NCBI RefSeq assembly: GCF_026571515.1
Contig: NW_026860139.1
Span: forward strand, 124,001 to 177,284
DNA from: Ruditapes philippinarum
Lineage: Eukaryota
DNA length: 53,284 nucleotides
Direction: 5' to 3'
Position 1 is the first letter of the stretch; every line of letters starts with the position of its first letter. The notes under the pieces are model-generated. The model was not told the origin of the DNA and ran no database searches. It worked only from the letters and a program-made list of their open reading frames with translations. Below, one piece after another: positions 51,895 to 53,284 of the stretch. A program made the translations under genes and the position numbers.

Positions 51895-53284
51895 TTTCAA
51901 AAAAGTTTTTTAACCCTTTTTTTAAAATTTTTTTAAATTTTTTATAAAAATTTTTTTAAAAAAATATTTTTTAAAAATTTTTTTTAATTTTAAAATTTTT
52001 TAAAAAAAAGTTTTCCCCCAAAAAAATTTTTTTTAAAATTTTATTTTTTTTTTAATTTTTTTTTTATTAATAAAAACCAAAATTTTTTTTAAAAGGTTTT
52101 CTTTTTAAAAAATTAAAAAATTTTTTTTTAAATTTAAAAATTTTTTAATTTTTTTTATTTTTTATTTAAAAAACCTTTTTAATTTTAAATTTTAAAAGAA
52201 GGGTTTTCTTTTAAAAAATTTAAAGTTTTTTTAAAAATTTTAATTTAATTTTTTTTTTCAAATTTTTTTTGAATTTCTTTTAATTCATTTTCCCCCAAAA
52301 ACCCCTTTTTTTTTTTAAATATTTATAAAATTAAATTTTTTAAAAATAACCAAATTTTTTTAAAAAAAAAGGGAAAAAAATTTTTAAAATTTGATTTTTA
52401 AAATAGGGGCCCCCATTTTTAAACCCCAATTTTTCCATTTTTTGGGTAAAAAATTTAAAAAAATTTTGAAATAAAGGCCTTTTATTTCTTTTTTAAAAAA
52501 ACCTTTTTTTTTTTTTTAAAGAAAAAATTACTTTTTTGGGTTTTTAAAATTTTTTTAAAAAAAAAAAATTTTTAAAGGAATTGATTGATTTTTTTTTGAA
52601 TTTAAAAAAATTGAAAAAAAAACCCGGAATTAAAATTTTTTTTGGGTCTTTAAATTTTTTTTTTAAATTTTTTCTTAAACTGGGTTTTGAAATTTTTTTT
52701 TAAAACCAAAGAAACGGGGAAAAAAATTTTTCAATTTGTTTACTTTTTTTAAAATTTTTAAAACTTTTTTTTTTGGGAAAATTTGTAATAAATTTTTTTA
52801 AAAACAAATAAAAAAATTGGTTTTTTTCCAAAAAAAAAACCCTTTTACTTGGAAGCTTTTTAAAAAAAGTAAAAATAAAAATTTTTCTTATAAATTTTTT
52901 AAATGGAAAAATTGTTGACAAAAAAATTTGGGGTTTATTTTTTTTATTTTCTAATTTTAAAATTGGTAATTTTTTAAAAAAAATTTTTTTTTTTGGGCCC
53001 CTTTTATTTTGGAACAATTTTTTGGGGCCCAAATTTAATTTTGGATTTTTTCAAATTTATTTAATTTTTTAAAAACTTTTTTAAAAAAATGTTTTAAATT
53101 TTTTCCTTTTTAAAAGTAAAAAAAGGGGGGGGGCCCCTTTTTAAAAATTGAAATTATTTTTTAATTTTTAAATTTTTTTTAAATTTATTTAATAAAAAAT
53201 TTTTTTTTTTAAAATTTCTTTATAATTTAAAAAAAAAATAAATTTTTACTTTTTTTTGTTTTAAAATTTTTTTTTAAAAATTTT
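51895..53284. other. Probable low-quality / miscalled terminal sequence
   Basis: Abrupt switch from a well-aligned duplication to almost pure A/T/G/C homopolymer runs. Confidence 0.85.

Larger units (their letters stand above)
44795..51895. repeat. ~3.4 kb tandem segmental duplication carrying the orphan gene
   Basis: 45670-~48489 aligns to 49086-~51895 (offset 3416, later ~3406) with scattered substitutions; 44795-44875 aligns to 49008-49089; duplicated ORFs are visible in the ORF track. Confidence 0.95.

Noticed and set aside
45670-51895. Duplication as a pure assembly artefact
   Set aside because: The copies differ by several substitutions, an indel and an adjacent transposon insertion; a haplotype mis-join cannot be fully excluded without reads.
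52700-53032. 110-aa K/F-rich ORF
   Set aside because: Product of homopolymer noise in the corrupted terminal block.

Overview
AT-rich, intron-containing eukaryotic DNA; the repeat families suggest a bivalve mollusc (inference, organism not identifiable with certainty). Three spliced genes can be reconstructed by hand from GT-AG boundaries and reading phase. (1) A minus-strand signal-peptide-bearing Ig + [DB module-FN3]n protein of the IGDB type, start 18608, running off the left edge. (2) A plus-strand INTS15/C7orf26 orthologue with 6 coding exons, 393 aa, 37222-44363. (3) A 3-exon, 130-aa gene of unknown function, present as two near-identical copies in a ~3.4 kb tandem duplication and convergent with INTS15, with the relic of a probable third, deleted copy. 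Introns and the intergenic region hold many non-autonomous elements: Helentron/HINE-like elements with internal satellite arrays, MITEs with Kolobok, Harbinger, MULE, piggyBac and TA-type signatures, tRNA-derived SINEs and a 5'-truncated LINE. Segments ~1300-2750 and ~51895-53284 look like corrupted low-quality sequence. Most ORFs in the supplied track are spurious. I see no clear multi-gene novel system; the best novelty candidate is the duplicated orphan gene.
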